Shown here piece by piece: positions 46,621-55,800 of a stretch of 64,000 bases of DNA (its first letter is position 1; every line of letters begins with the position of its first letter). A program made the position numbers and the translations under genes. The notes under the pieces were generated by a model. It did not search any database, was not told where the DNA came from, and saw nothing but the letters and a program-made list of their open reading frames with translations. The stretch lies in assembly GCA_043732185.1 (NCBI GenBank), contig JAYTHY010000074.1, positions 32,001 through 96,000 on the forward strand. The letters are read 5' to 3'. The DNA is from Fibrobacteria bacterium (GTDB taxonomy: Bacteria > Fibrobacterota > Fibrobacteria > UBA11236).

Positions 46621-48396
46621 TTAGGGAGCATAAGTAGGATTTCCTGTCTTCCAGCTGATTGGATAACGAACACAGGCCTTATTGATCACGCCATCCACTG
46701 GCGCCGGATAAAAATCCGGGTAGGAATATATTCCATAAGGGTCGATAAAGTACCATTTGCTGTCTATCGGGTCCCGGTGGGCAAAGAAAATATGCAAATG
46801 GGTGTTGGGTCCTGTTCCGCCGCTCATGCAACCGCATCCACCAGGGCCGGTGCTTCCGCTATAAGCAATTGTCTGACCAGCAACCACGCTCGTTCCTAGA
46901 AGTGCCATGTCTATTTTTTTCGCGCTAACTCCCCACCAATCGGATTTCGGGTTACGGAAGGCGGCACTTTGCGAGCAGCCGGTATTGTTCAAATAGGTTG
47001 AATACGTGGCCTTATCCGTAGCGTTGAAATTCGGAATGGTTTTATTCCAAGCATTGTCGCAATCATTATAGGGATCGTTTTGCAGGTGCATGTAAATAGT
47101 GCGATAGACGTCTTTCTTGAGGCCTACATCATGGCTGATAACCATGGTATTTCCCGACCACCAATCCCAACCAATATGGATGACTTTGCCTGGCGCAGCA
47201 GCCACAATTTCAAAAGTCTTTTTGTCGTTCCGTTGATAATCAATGGCATGATGCCAGGATCCCGGACTATACAGCCACGCATTATGCCAAAGGTCCGTAG
47301 CAGGAATTTTAAAGGGTAAGGTGAAAATCGGATCTTTCGCGTCATAGAGAACCGAGTTTCGAGAATATACTTCGGACCCGATTTTTAAATTCGGCCAGCT
47401 ATAGATAACTGCATCACCGGGATTTGCAGCAGGACACGTGGAAGGATTGCCTTCGCAATGGATGGGGCCAGCGGTAATTCCATAATCATACCCATCACGC
47501 CCATTTGTGGCCGGATTATCTGGCATCAGAACATGGTTTAGGCAATTGGGGTCACAGCCACCCGCATAGGTTTCCAAATCTATTAAACGCAAGCCTGATG
47601 CAGCATTTTCAGCCCACTTTGAAGTAAAACTTTCCCAATCCACTCCACCCCAGAGGGAATAGCCATCAGCGCCTTCACGCCAAACACCGAGGTAAATTCT
47701 TTTACCGTTTTCCACAAAGGACTCCACGTCAATCAAGCGTTCATTCTGCGCGCCGAGATCTTTCCAATACGTGACGAATTGATTCCAATCCTTTCCGTAT
47801 GGGGATAAAACATATCCTCCAGTTCCACCGCGGAATACACCCAGAAAACATCGGGTGCTCCCATTCATATACGATTCAATATTTATGAGCCGCAATCCTT
47901 GACTGCTGGCCGTCCCCCAAAACGTGTTGAACGCAGACCAGTCCAGGTTAAGGGGCGTAAGCGCATATCCATCGTTACCCCCTCGGAAAACACCCATGAA
48001 ATAGGTGGTTCCATTATCGACGTATGTTTCAACTTGAATGAGCCGGAGCCCTTTCTTGCTATTGTCGCTCCAAAATGTGTTGAATGCCGACCAAGTTAGA
48101 TGCAGAGGCGTAAGCGCATACCCATCCGTTCCGCCTTCCCATACACCCGTCCATTTGCGCACCCCACCAACCGTATACGTTTTAATATTAATTAGGCGTA
48201 AATTTTTCCCACCTAAGTCGCTCCACTTGGTATTGAATTCCGACCAGCTCACGCCCGCCCACAAGTAATAACCACTGTTTCCGGATCGCCAAACTCCCGT
48301 GTAAACATCCTGCGCCGAAGGGAGCGCCGCGAACAACAATATCAGCCCCGCGAAAAATGAAAATGATTTTTGACTCAATAAATGAAGACTACGCAT
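46621..48396 (-). CDS. Secreted M23-family metallopeptidase with five N-terminal ~51-aa tandem repeats (BTRD1/polyglycine-hydrolase-like)
   Basis: Repeats 'GV[WF]..G..GY......W..F...W......GLRLI..E[ST]Y'; M23 motifs HHAIDY, AAAPGKV, YMHL, SGSTG, NTHLH, IDPY. Confidence 0.8.
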   Translation of the reverse strand: MRSLHLLSQKSFSFFAGLILLFAALPSAQDVYTGVWRSGNSGYYLWAGVSWSEFNTKWSDLGGKNLRLINIKTYTVGGVRKWTGVWEGGTDGYALTPLHLTWSAFNTFWSDNSKKGLRLIQVETYVDNGTTYFMGVFRGGNDGYALTPLNLDWSAFNTFWGTASSQGLRLINIESYMNGSTRCFLGVFRGGTGGYVLSPYGKDWNQFVTYWKDLGAQNERLIDVESFVENGKRIYLGVWREGADGYSLWGGVDWESFTSKWAENAASGLRLIDLETYAGGCDPNCLNHVLMPDNPATNGRDGYDYGITAGPIHCEGNPSTCPAANPGDAVIYSWPNLKIGSEVYSRNSVLYDAKDPIFTLPFKIPATDLWHNAWLYSPGSWHHAIDYQRNDKKTFEIVAAAPGKVIHIGWDWWSGNTMVISHDVGLKKDVYRTIYMHLQNDPYNDCDNAWNKTIPNFNATDKATYSTYLNNTGCSQSAAFRNPKSDWWGVSAKKIDMALLGTSVVAGQTIAYSGSTGPGGCGCMSGGTGPNTHLHIFFAHRDPIDSKWYFIDPYGIYSYPDFYPAPVDGVINKACVRYPISWKTGNPTYAP

Positions 48397-48519
48397 GATT
48401 GATTACTCCTGGAAAGGTTTAATGAACTTAGTTGATAGGACACTTGTAGGATTAGAGCGAGGCGAGGCTAAATGGGTAACACGAAAAGGGGATCCAAAAT
48501 GGAATTGAACTAGGAATTT

Positions 48520-49896
48520 TTATGGAGTAAAGAAATACCCGCGTCGCGAAATATTCGTGTGACGTTTTCCCGTCAAATCATAAATCCGATGTCCTTTGGA
48601 ACCATCACTGTGCTGGTTCGGCTGGATTTGGATCGGCATTCTGTTTATTGAAGCGGATCCTTGATATTCAAAAGCACCGGCATCCGGATGCGCACCGAAC
48701 AAAGCGGGCCGCCCCATATAATCCTTTGCGTAACCCAATTCCATTCCGATATTGATGGCGGGGCTTCCTACCAGAAGATCATAATTACCCCCGTCAAAAT
48801 TCACGAACATTGGGTTCCCGGTTTTTTCCGTGGCATGCTGAGTGAAGCCCAGTCCCCCACCAGTCAGAGAAAACAGGTTGTTGGTGTGGGTGATGTTGGG
48901 ATTGTCCGTTACGTACCAATTGTTCAAATGGAAAATGTTATTCCGAAGACTAACGGACATTGGAGTGGTATTGAAGAAATAAATCGATCGCGTTGCTCCC
49001 CAGCCCGCATGAGGTTGGGTTTGGATGATGGTATTGTGATCCACTGAAAAGTTATTAAAGGCTACCGCATATTGGCCGGTGGTATTGAACAAGCCAAACC
49101 ATCCATTGTTCACGGCCACGTTATATGCCACCCGGGAATTTGTAACGCCCCCGCCGGTACGCCCCCCGGACTCCATAAACCCCTCACAGCCTGTAGCAAA
49201 ATTGTGGTGCACGTAGCAGTCACTCAGGACAACGCCATCCGCCCACCATTCCACTGCACCCCCATCCAGCACATAGTCGTAACTGGGTCCTTTGCAATTC
49301 ACAAATGTGTTGTAGGAAATTTCCACACGCGAGGCCGCCATCCAAATTCCAACTGCCCCCGCGTCATTATCCGGGGCAGGATCGTTGGTCACCATGATGA
49401 GATCGTGGATATAGTTTTTCGTGATCAAATTATCGGTACCAGAAATCCACATTCCTCCACCACAAACCGTGATTTCGCAGCCGCGCACTTCATTGTGCAT
49501 CGCTCCCGCATTGATCACAATCCCCAGGTTTGCCACATTCGCGACTGTCAAGCTTTCCACCACCACCCAACTTGAGTTCATGCGGATCCCTTGGCCTGTA
49601 AAGCGCGGCTTTGCGCCTGCACCAATAGAACGGAATAGAATGGGATTCCCCTGCACGCCGCTTTGTTCAATGGCTAATACTTCCGTGAAGGTGGATCCCG
49701 CCACAAAATTTACGATGTCCCCGGCGACAAAGGTATGCGCGCGAATTGGGGCTAGACTTTTCCAAGCAGTGGTCAGCGAGAGTCCGGAAAAAGAATCCGT
49801 GCCATTTCGACTGTCCACAAAAAATTGGGTGGCAAAAGCCGGGAGGGCAAAAAAGCTCAGGACCAAGGACAGCAAACGGACTCGATATATTCGCAT
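48520..49896 (-). CDS. Secreted parallel beta-helix protein with choice-of-anchor-Q-type and T9SS-like tail
   Basis: 'FFVDS..G.D..SG.S..TAWKSL', 'SYDY..DGGAVE', 'GSPAIN.G...PDAGAFEY', 'RIYDLTGKR'. Confidence 0.8.
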   Translation of the reverse strand: MRIYRVRLLSLVLSFFALPAFATQFFVDSRNGTDSFSGLSLTTAWKSLAPIRAHTFVAGDIVNFVAGSTFTEVLAIEQSGVQGNPILFRSIGAGAKPRFTGQGIRMNSSWVVVESLTVANVANLGIVINAGAMHNEVRGCEITVCGGGMWISGTDNLITKNYIHDLIMVTNDPAPDNDAGAVGIWMAASRVEISYNTFVNCKGPSYDYVLDGGAVEWWADGVVLSDCYVHHNFATGCEGFMESGGRTGGGVTNSRVAYNVAVNNGWFGLFNTTGQYAVAFNNFSVDHNTIIQTQPHAGWGATRSIYFFNTTPMSVSLRNNIFHLNNWYVTDNPNITHTNNLFSLTGGGLGFTQHATEKTGNPMFVNFDGGNYDLLVGSPAINIGMELGYAKDYMGRPALFGAHPDAGAFEYQGSASINRMPIQIQPNQHSDGSKGHRIYDLTGKRHTNISRRGYFFTP

Positions 49897-49948
49897 TTCC
49901 AAAATGTAAGGCCTTTCCTCTTTTTAAGTTGAGTATCTTTCCTCAATC

Positions 49949-50833
49949 TTGAAGCAAATTCCACCTTCCAAGTCATTGTCTCACTCCGGCACGCTTTACG
50001 CCTTGGTGGCCTATACACTATGGGGCTTGCTGCCAATATACTGGAAGGCCCTACATGCCATTCCCCTAAGCCAAGTTCTGGCCCACCGGGTGCTCTGGTC
50101 CTTAGTCACTATAGTCCTTTTACTGGGAGCCACGGGTCGGTTCAGAGATTTTCGTTCAGCTCTAGCCAACCGCCGCCAACGCTACCTTTTAGGCTTGAGC
50201 TCCTTACTCATCGGCGCCAATTGGTCCATTTACATTCTTGCCGTTTACCGGGGTGAATTGGTGCAAGCCAGTTTAGGCTACTATATCAATCCCCTCCTGA
50301 GCATCGGGCTTGGTGTACTCGCCCTGGGAGAACGATTAAATCGAGTCCAAATCACGGCCGTAGTATTGGCCGGTTTGGGAGTTTTGGTATTGGGCTGGCA
50401 ACACCAGGGGCTTCCCTGGGTGGCTTTAGGATTGGCATTCACTTTTGCATTCTATGGCTTTGTAAAGAAAAAAATAGCCGTGGATTCTTTGGCAGGGCTT
50501 GGCGTGGAAACACTTTGGTTGGTTCCACTGGCGATTGGCTACCTGGTCTATCTCGCATCCGGACCTGAGCCACAAGCCTTTACCGAAGGCGGAAAAACCA
50601 CCTGTCTCCTTCTCGGTACAGGTATTATAACCCTTGCTCCACTTTTCTTTTTCAACGGGGCGGCAAAAAGATTGCCGTTATCCATACTGGGTTTTTTCCA
50701 GTACTTAAGTCCAAGTATTCAATTGGTAATCGCCGTTGTCTGGTTTCACGAGCCCTTCACCAGATGGCACGCTGCGGCTTTCGGTCTAATTTGGACGGGC
50801 CTACTTCTCTTTACCATGCGCCGCAAAGCGTAA
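49949..50833 (+). CDS. rarD: EamA-family transporter RarD
   Basis: WGLLPIYWK, LAHRVLWS, ASLGYYINPL, LGFFQYLSP. Confidence 0.92.
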   Translation: MKQIPPSKSLSHSGTLYALVAYTLWGLLPIYWKALHAIPLSQVLAHRVLWSLVTIVLLLGATGRFRDFRSALANRRQRYLLGLSSLLIGANWSIYILAVYRGELVQASLGYYINPLLSIGLGVLALGERLNRVQITAVVLAGLGVLVLGWQHQGLPWVALGLAFTFAFYGFVKKKIAVDSLAGLGVETLWLVPLAIGYLVYLASGPEPQAFTEGGKTTCLLLGTGIITLAPLFFFNGAAKRLPLSILGFFQYLSPSIQLVIAVVWFHEPFTRWHAAAFGLIWTGLLLFTMRRKA

Positions 50834-50902
50834 GCAACCCAAAATCAAAGTTCAGCTTTTTTTTCCAACTGATGGCAGTACTATGATCCTTTGGAGGTAG
50901 GT

Positions 50903-52624
50903 ATGCAGCGTTTGGCCAAACTAGTGTGTTTTGTGATCGTGCTCCTGGTTGTCTTCCCTCCCCATCTTTTGAAAGCCCAGTCCTGGACCTACCCTGGGTG
51001 CCCGGCCCCAATCACGGATGCGGATTTCCAATATACCGTCCTCATGCAGCATGGTAAGTCACCGGATCCTAGTCTTGCGGAGCCGGACAAAATGGATTTC
51101 GACATGGATGCGCAAGGAAATGTGGATATTTATTTTACGGAAATCCGGCCAGGAAATATCAAACGGTATTCTGCAGTCACAAAAACTGTTAAAACCTTGA
51201 TCAAACTACCTAATTGGGGTGGCAGCTCAACTGATTATTTGACTGTAAAGAATTCCAACCATGTCGAAGAAGGTGTGACTGGGATTGCCTTGGATCCCAA
51301 TTTTAAAATCAACCATTGGCTCTATGTGCATTGGTCCCCGTTGCCAGCCACTGCGCCCACCTTTAGGGTATCCCGGTTCACGGTAGTGGGCGATACCATA
51401 TTGATGAATAGTGAAAAGGTTTTGCTGTCCATTGACGCGCAGCGGGATGAATGTTGCCACACGGGCGGCTCCATGGCATTTGACGATTATGGAGATCTCT
51501 GGATAGCGCAAGGAGCCAATGGTGGCCGCGGATCCAATAGCCCTACTGGCACGCCTCCGGTGGGAATGGATGAAGTCCATAGATACGCGAGCGAAGAGTG
51601 GGGCGCAAGCAGCACCCATGGCATGCGGGGAGGCTTTTTGCGTATTCATCCAGATAATTCCGTGAAAGGCTATTCCATTCCCGCTGGAAACTTTGGGGAA
51701 TACTTTGCCAAGCAAACGGGCAACCAGGACTATTTGGACACGAGTAAAGTTTTGCCTGAAATTTATATCAAAGGGACGCGGAACAATTATAGCATGGCTC
51801 TGGACCCGGTGCGCCGGTGGGTGGCTTGGGGCGACGTTGGGCCCGATGTCATGCCTACAGCTGTTCGTGAAGAAGTGAACTTACGCAAAACTCCCGGGTT
51901 CGAAGGTTGGCCTTACTTTGTAGGCAACAACACCGTATTTTCTGGAAATAAAAATCCTTCCGCTCCAACCAATACCTCCAAATGGAATACTGGCCTAACT
52001 ACTCTTCCACCCGCGCGATCCGCGACCCGACTCCCAAACATTGGCCCTAACCCAATCTCTGGCCCCATTTACCGTTATGATGGAGACTCCAAATCAAAAG
52101 TAAAACTACCGCCCCACTTTACTCGAAAATGGTTTATCTGCGATTGGGCGACACGGGCCTTTCAAGTTCTGACGTTGGATTCGGCTGGAAACACGGTGAC
52201 GGCATCCCAACCCATTTTCACAAACTTTGATTTTTCTGGGCCAGTCGATTTTAGGGCTGGTCCGGATGGGGCCCTGTATGTTTCCGATTATGGTGGGACA
52301 TTGTTTGGCGTTGCCGATAATACCCAGATTGTGAAAATATCCTATGCGGGCACGTGCAGGCCCAATGAACCTAAATTGGAAAAAATAGAGGCATCTGGAA
52401 TTGGCGACCCGAATTCCGAAGCAGCGACCGACCGCCTTGGCTATCTGATCAATCTTCGCTCCGGACAATTCATTTCCGTTCCCGCAGGCATGGTCGGTTT
52501 TGAGCTTTATAATATGGCTGGAAAAAAGATTTGGGAGTCGGGTTCTTTAAAAGCAAAGGTATCCTTCCAGTTACCCACCCAGCTAGCTTATGGTGCGCTT
52601 AAATACAGGTGGAAAAGAAGTTAA
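50903..52624 (+). CDS. Secreted PQQ-dependent sugar dehydrogenase (GSDH) family beta-propeller
   Basis: EEGVTGIALDPNF..NHWLY, CCHTGGSMAFD, PEIYIKG.RN, GDVGPD, GWPYF.G.N, GPDGALYV.DYG. Confidence 0.82.
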   Translation: MQRLAKLVCFVIVLLVVFPPHLLKAQSWTYPGCPAPITDADFQYTVLMQHGKSPDPSLAEPDKMDFDMDAQGNVDIYFTEIRPGNIKRYSAVTKTVKTLIKLPNWGGSSTDYLTVKNSNHVEEGVTGIALDPNFKINHWLYVHWSPLPATAPTFRVSRFTVVGDTILMNSEKVLLSIDAQRDECCHTGGSMAFDDYGDLWIAQGANGGRGSNSPTGTPPVGMDEVHRYASEEWGASSTHGMRGGFLRIHPDNSVKGYSIPAGNFGEYFAKQTGNQDYLDTSKVLPEIYIKGTRNNYSMALDPVRRWVAWGDVGPDVMPTAVREEVNLRKTPGFEGWPYFVGNNTVFSGNKNPSAPTNTSKWNTGLTTLPPARSATRLPNIGPNPISGPIYRYDGDSKSKVKLPPHFTRKWFICDWATRAFQVLTLDSAGNTVTASQPIFTNFDFSGPVDFRAGPDGALYVSDYGGTLFGVADNTQIVKISYAGTCRPNEPKLEKIEASGIGDPNSEAATDRLGYLINLRSGQFISVPAGMVGFELYNMAGKKIWESGSLKAKVSFQLPTQLAYGALKYRWKRS

Positions 52625-53202
52625 CCATGTACCGCACTGCTGGTACCATAATTTGGAATGATACTGTCCTCAAATTTGAGCCATTCCTTCCAGCGGTTTT
52701 CCACTCCAATGGACGATTCGAATTTTCTGGCATGTTTTAGGAAAATGGTGAAATGGTTGGCTTCGGAAACCATCAGTTCCCGATAAAATTTTACCAGTTC
52801 CGGATCTTTCAAATGTTCCGACAAGACCCGGAATCGTTCGCAGCTTCTGGCTTCGATCATAGCGGCAAACAGCAATCGATCCACAAGGGCCGATAAACGA
52901 CTTCCGTCCTTTTTCATAAATCTAAGGAGAGCGTTCACATATTCATCTTTCCGTTCACGACCGAGTTTCACACCTCTCGCCTTTAACATGTCATGCACCA
53001 ATTGGAAATGGGACATCTCCTCTTGAGCGATGATTGAAAGCTCCGCCACCAATTCGGTGCGTTCTGGGTTTTGGGTAATAATGCTGATGGCGTTAGTCGC
53101 CGCTTTCAGTTCGCACCAGGCGTGATCGATTAAAACATCCGCAATGCTGCCTTCAACCAAGACGGCCCAGCTGGGATCGGTTCTGAGTTTTAATCCCAAC
53201 AT
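52621..53202 (-). CDS. miaE: tRNA ms2i6A37 hydroxylase (diiron)
   Basis: LIDHAWCELKAA, EEMSHF, DRLL.AAMIEARSCERF, FY.ELM.SEA.H. Confidence 0.92.
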   Translation of the reverse strand: MLGLKLRTDPSWAVLVEGSIADVLIDHAWCELKAATNAISIITQNPERTELVAELSIIAQEEMSHFQLVHDMLKARGVKLGRERKDEYVNALLRFMKKDGSRLSALVDRLLFAAMIEARSCERFRVLSEHLKDPELVKFYRELMVSEANHFTIFLKHARKFESSIGVENRWKEWLKFEDSIIPNYGTSSAVHG

Positions 53203-53206
53203 ACTG

Positions 53207-54538
53207 TCATGCCAAAAACTCGCGCACTTCCGGATCCAACCACAAATCCCTTTCGCTTAAGGGTTTCCGCAACGTAATGCCTTCCAACGTGGTGCAGCGG
53301 CTTAAAGCCACATAGGATTGGCCATGCGCAAAAGCCCCTGAACCCAGGTCAATGATGATCCGGTCAAACGTCTTTCCCTGACTTTTGTGTATAGTCATGG
53401 CCCAGGCAAGCTTAAGCGGAAATTGTTTAAACCATCCCACCGTTTTAGGTGTCGGCCGACCGGTTACCGGATCAAGTGCATAGCGCACGCTTTCCCAACT
53501 CACCTTTTCAACACGCACGGAACCCAATGCACCGGGTACGGGCAAGCGGCCGGGGATATCCACCCAAATCGATTCCGCTTCCATCGCCACCACCACTCCG
53601 AGTGTTCCATTGACCCAATGGCCTTGGGCATGGTTTTTCAAGAACATCACTTGTGCGCCCGCTTTAAGGCTTAGCTGCGCATCGGTAGGAAAAGCGCGGT
53701 TGTCGAACTCGCCTTCCACCTGGGCCTGATAATAAGCCAGAGGCGACGTCAAGGTGGCCAACCTTTGCGCGTTTACGCGATCAGCGGTGAGATTTGTGGC
53801 GGTCAATGTGATGCAGGGATCGGCCAAATCGGGCTGGAAGGCGCTATCCAAACGGACGTTTAGGGCTTCGAGATCTTCGGCTTCCGCTTCACCACCGCGC
53901 ACCGCATTGAGAAGGGACAGGAAGTTTTTCTCCTTCTGTCGATACACTTTTTTCAGTTCTACCCTGTCGAAGGGTAACTGGGAGAATACCTGGGCTTTGA
54001 AGAACCAGGGGCTCTCGTACAATGAGCGGAAGGCTTCGGATTCATGCGGGGAAACAACCGGGGGAAGCTGATGCAGATCTCCGAAGAATACCATCTGTAC
54101 ACCCCCAAAGGGCAGGCCGGGCTCAGGTCCATGGCTGCGCAGGAATATATCCATGGCATCGATAATATCCGCTCGTACCATGGACACTTCATCGATTATA
54201 AGCGTGCTTAATTTCCGATACATGGCGCCGCCGCCTTGTTTTGCCACCGCTTCTGGAAACAACACCTGGGGTGGAAATCGAAAAAAGGAATGGATGGTTT
54301 GTCCACCCACGTGCACGGCAGCCACGCCAGTTGGCGCTAAAACCACGGCCTTGGAAATGACCCGCTGCTTTAAATGTTGCAGCAATGTGGATTTCCCCGT
54401 ACCGGCTTTGCCGGTTACAAATACGCAGCGACGGCCTTCCTGGATGCATGCCTGCACGTCCTGGAAACCATTATTCCATTCCAGCGCGTCCTGAAAGGAA
54501 TCCAATGTATTTGGAAAATTATTATCCCGCAAGGGCAT
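53207..54538 (-). CDS. PIF1-like ATP-dependent DNA helicase
   Basis: TGKAGTGKST, LAPTGVAA, IIDEVSMV, FGG.Q..FFGDL.QLPPV, QFPLKLAWAMTIHKSQG, YVALSR. Confidence 0.9.
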   Translation of the reverse strand: MPLRDNNFPNTLDSFQDALEWNNGFQDVQACIQEGRRCVFVTGKAGTGKSTLLQHLKQRVISKAVVLAPTGVAAVHVGGQTIHSFFRFPPQVLFPEAVAKQGGGAMYRKLSTLIIDEVSMVRADIIDAMDIFLRSHGPEPGLPFGGVQMVFFGDLHQLPPVVSPHESEAFRSLYESPWFFKAQVFSQLPFDRVELKKVYRQKEKNFLSLLNAVRGGEAEAEDLEALNVRLDSAFQPDLADPCITLTATNLTADRVNAQRLATLTSPLAYYQAQVEGEFDNRAFPTDAQLSLKAGAQVMFLKNHAQGHWVNGTLGVVVAMEAESIWVDIPGRLPVPGALGSVRVEKVSWESVRYALDPVTGRPTPKTVGWFKQFPLKLAWAMTIHKSQGKTFDRIIIDLGSGAFAHGQSYVALSRCTTLEGITLRKPLSERDLWLDPEVREFLA

Positions 54539-54977
54539 GAGGCGCCGGAGAGGACGCCGGACCAGCCTTGACTTTTCGACGTAAACGCCCTGTAGTACCC
54601 GGCTCACTTTCAATTTTGGAACGGACCTCGCCCACTTCCTGAATCAGATCCAAGTCAAGCAATGGCTCTGGGGAGACGATATGACCCCAGGTCTCATTGA
54701 CAAAGCGGCGGATTTCCAAAGTCAACGCATCGGTCGCCTGCATATTGATTTCGTTGGCACGCAAAAGGCTTTTTGCCTTCACGTAATAGTACAGATAATC
54801 GCCCGTGGTTTGTCGTTCCAGAAAAATACTTTCCGCGACAATCCCTTCGCAGCGCATCGCATCCAGACTTTTTTCCTCACGCTGCCTTAAAGATCGAACG
54901 AACTCAACCACCTGTTCTGTTTTTCCCGGACGAATTTTGATTTTTAACAGTTGGGTTTCAAACATCTGAGTATCCAT
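54522..54977 (-). CDS. Small alpha/beta protein (DUF6176-like)
   Basis: 'IKIRPGK', 'EG...ESIFLE....DYLYYY'. Confidence 0.55.
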   Translation of the reverse strand: MDTQMFETQLLKIKIRPGKTEQVVEFVRSLRQREEKSLDAMRCEGIVAESIFLERQTTGDYLYYYVKAKSLLRANEINMQATDALTLEIRRFVNETWGHIVSPEPLLDLDLIQEVGEVRSKIESEPGTTGRLRRKVKAGPASSPAPHALAG

Positions 54978-55102
54978 GTTATCTTAAATTTTAATCTAGT
55001 CTGGAAAAGTCCATTTTGCCGAGCATCAGCAAAAAACCTAGACGCAAATATAAATGAAGGACGACGGGTTGTGAACCCCGCATCCCTAGGCCGATTATAC
55101 CA

Positions 55103-55777
55103 CTAGATCTTGGCCTTGCGCTTCCTTAAAATCCAAGTGGTCATGCACCTGAGGTTCTGGACATTCACGGACCTTAAGGGCTCCACCATCTCGCCACCCA
55201 GTCTCTGTGTGGCCAACAGCAATTTCGCCTCAGTCGCCAGGAACCATTCCCCACCCGTTGGCATCCGATACTTCCCATTTTCCAGCCGCTGTAACCGGTC
55301 TTCTATCCCTATGGAAGACGCCATGCGAATAAATAGCATTCCACCCGGCTCAGTCACCCGCCAAAGCCCGTCCAGCATGGCTTGGAAGTGTGTCTCGTCC
55401 TCGGCGAAATGCAGGACGGCATTGCAAATCACCAGGCCAAAATGCCCGTCAGGATAGGTCATAGCCTCAATTTTCTCAACCCGGAATTTCTCCGGCCGGA
55501 ATTTGTCCGCCCGGAACTTGTCCGCTTGGACTTGGAATTGAGGCAGAGGTACAAGTTCTGTGGCCATCTCCCTGACATGGTTGAGCGCGTCCTCATCCGC
55601 ATCGGCGGCGTGTACATCAAACCCGGCCCGGAAAAAATAGGTGAGATTGCGCCCTGTCCCGGACCCGGCGTCCAAGATACGCATCGGTGGGGCTAGACGG
55701 CCTTTTAAAAGCTGATCAAATAGATAAAGATCTATGCCTCCAAACCAAGCGCGGAGGTCCAGAATTTTAGAATCCAT
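55103..55777 (-). CDS. Class I SAM-dependent methyltransferase
   Basis: FGGIDLYLFDQLLKGR, ILDAGSGTGRNL, NAVLHFA, RCMTTW. Confidence 0.85.
   Translation of the reverse strand: MDSKILDLRAWFGGIDLYLFDQLLKGRLAPPMRILDAGSGTGRNLTYFFRAGFDVHAADADEDALNHVREMATELVPLPQFQVQADKFRADKFRPEKFRVEKIEAMTYPDGHFGLVICNAVLHFAEDETHFQAMLDGLWRVTEPGGMLFIRMASSIGIEDRLQRLENGKYRMPTGGEWFLATEAKLLLATQRLGGEMVEPLRSVNVQNLRCMTTWILRKRKAKI
55481..55525. repeat. In-frame 15-nt tandem repeat x3 (ADKFR/PEKFR)
   Basis: ccggaatttctccgg ccggaatttgtccgc ccggaacttgtccgc. Confidence 0.85.
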
Positions 55778-55800
55778 CTTTATATCGTCTCCCGAGTAGC

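Noticed and set aside
47560..48310. Periodic DNA repeats considered as a CRISPR array
   Set aside because: The 153-nt period is in frame and encodes protein repeats; there are no identical repeats with unique spacers and no cas genes
53207..54977. PIF1 helicase plus small gene considered as a defence or mobile module
   Set aside because: No nuclease, integrase or boundary repeats; co-oriented with the housekeeping gene miaE
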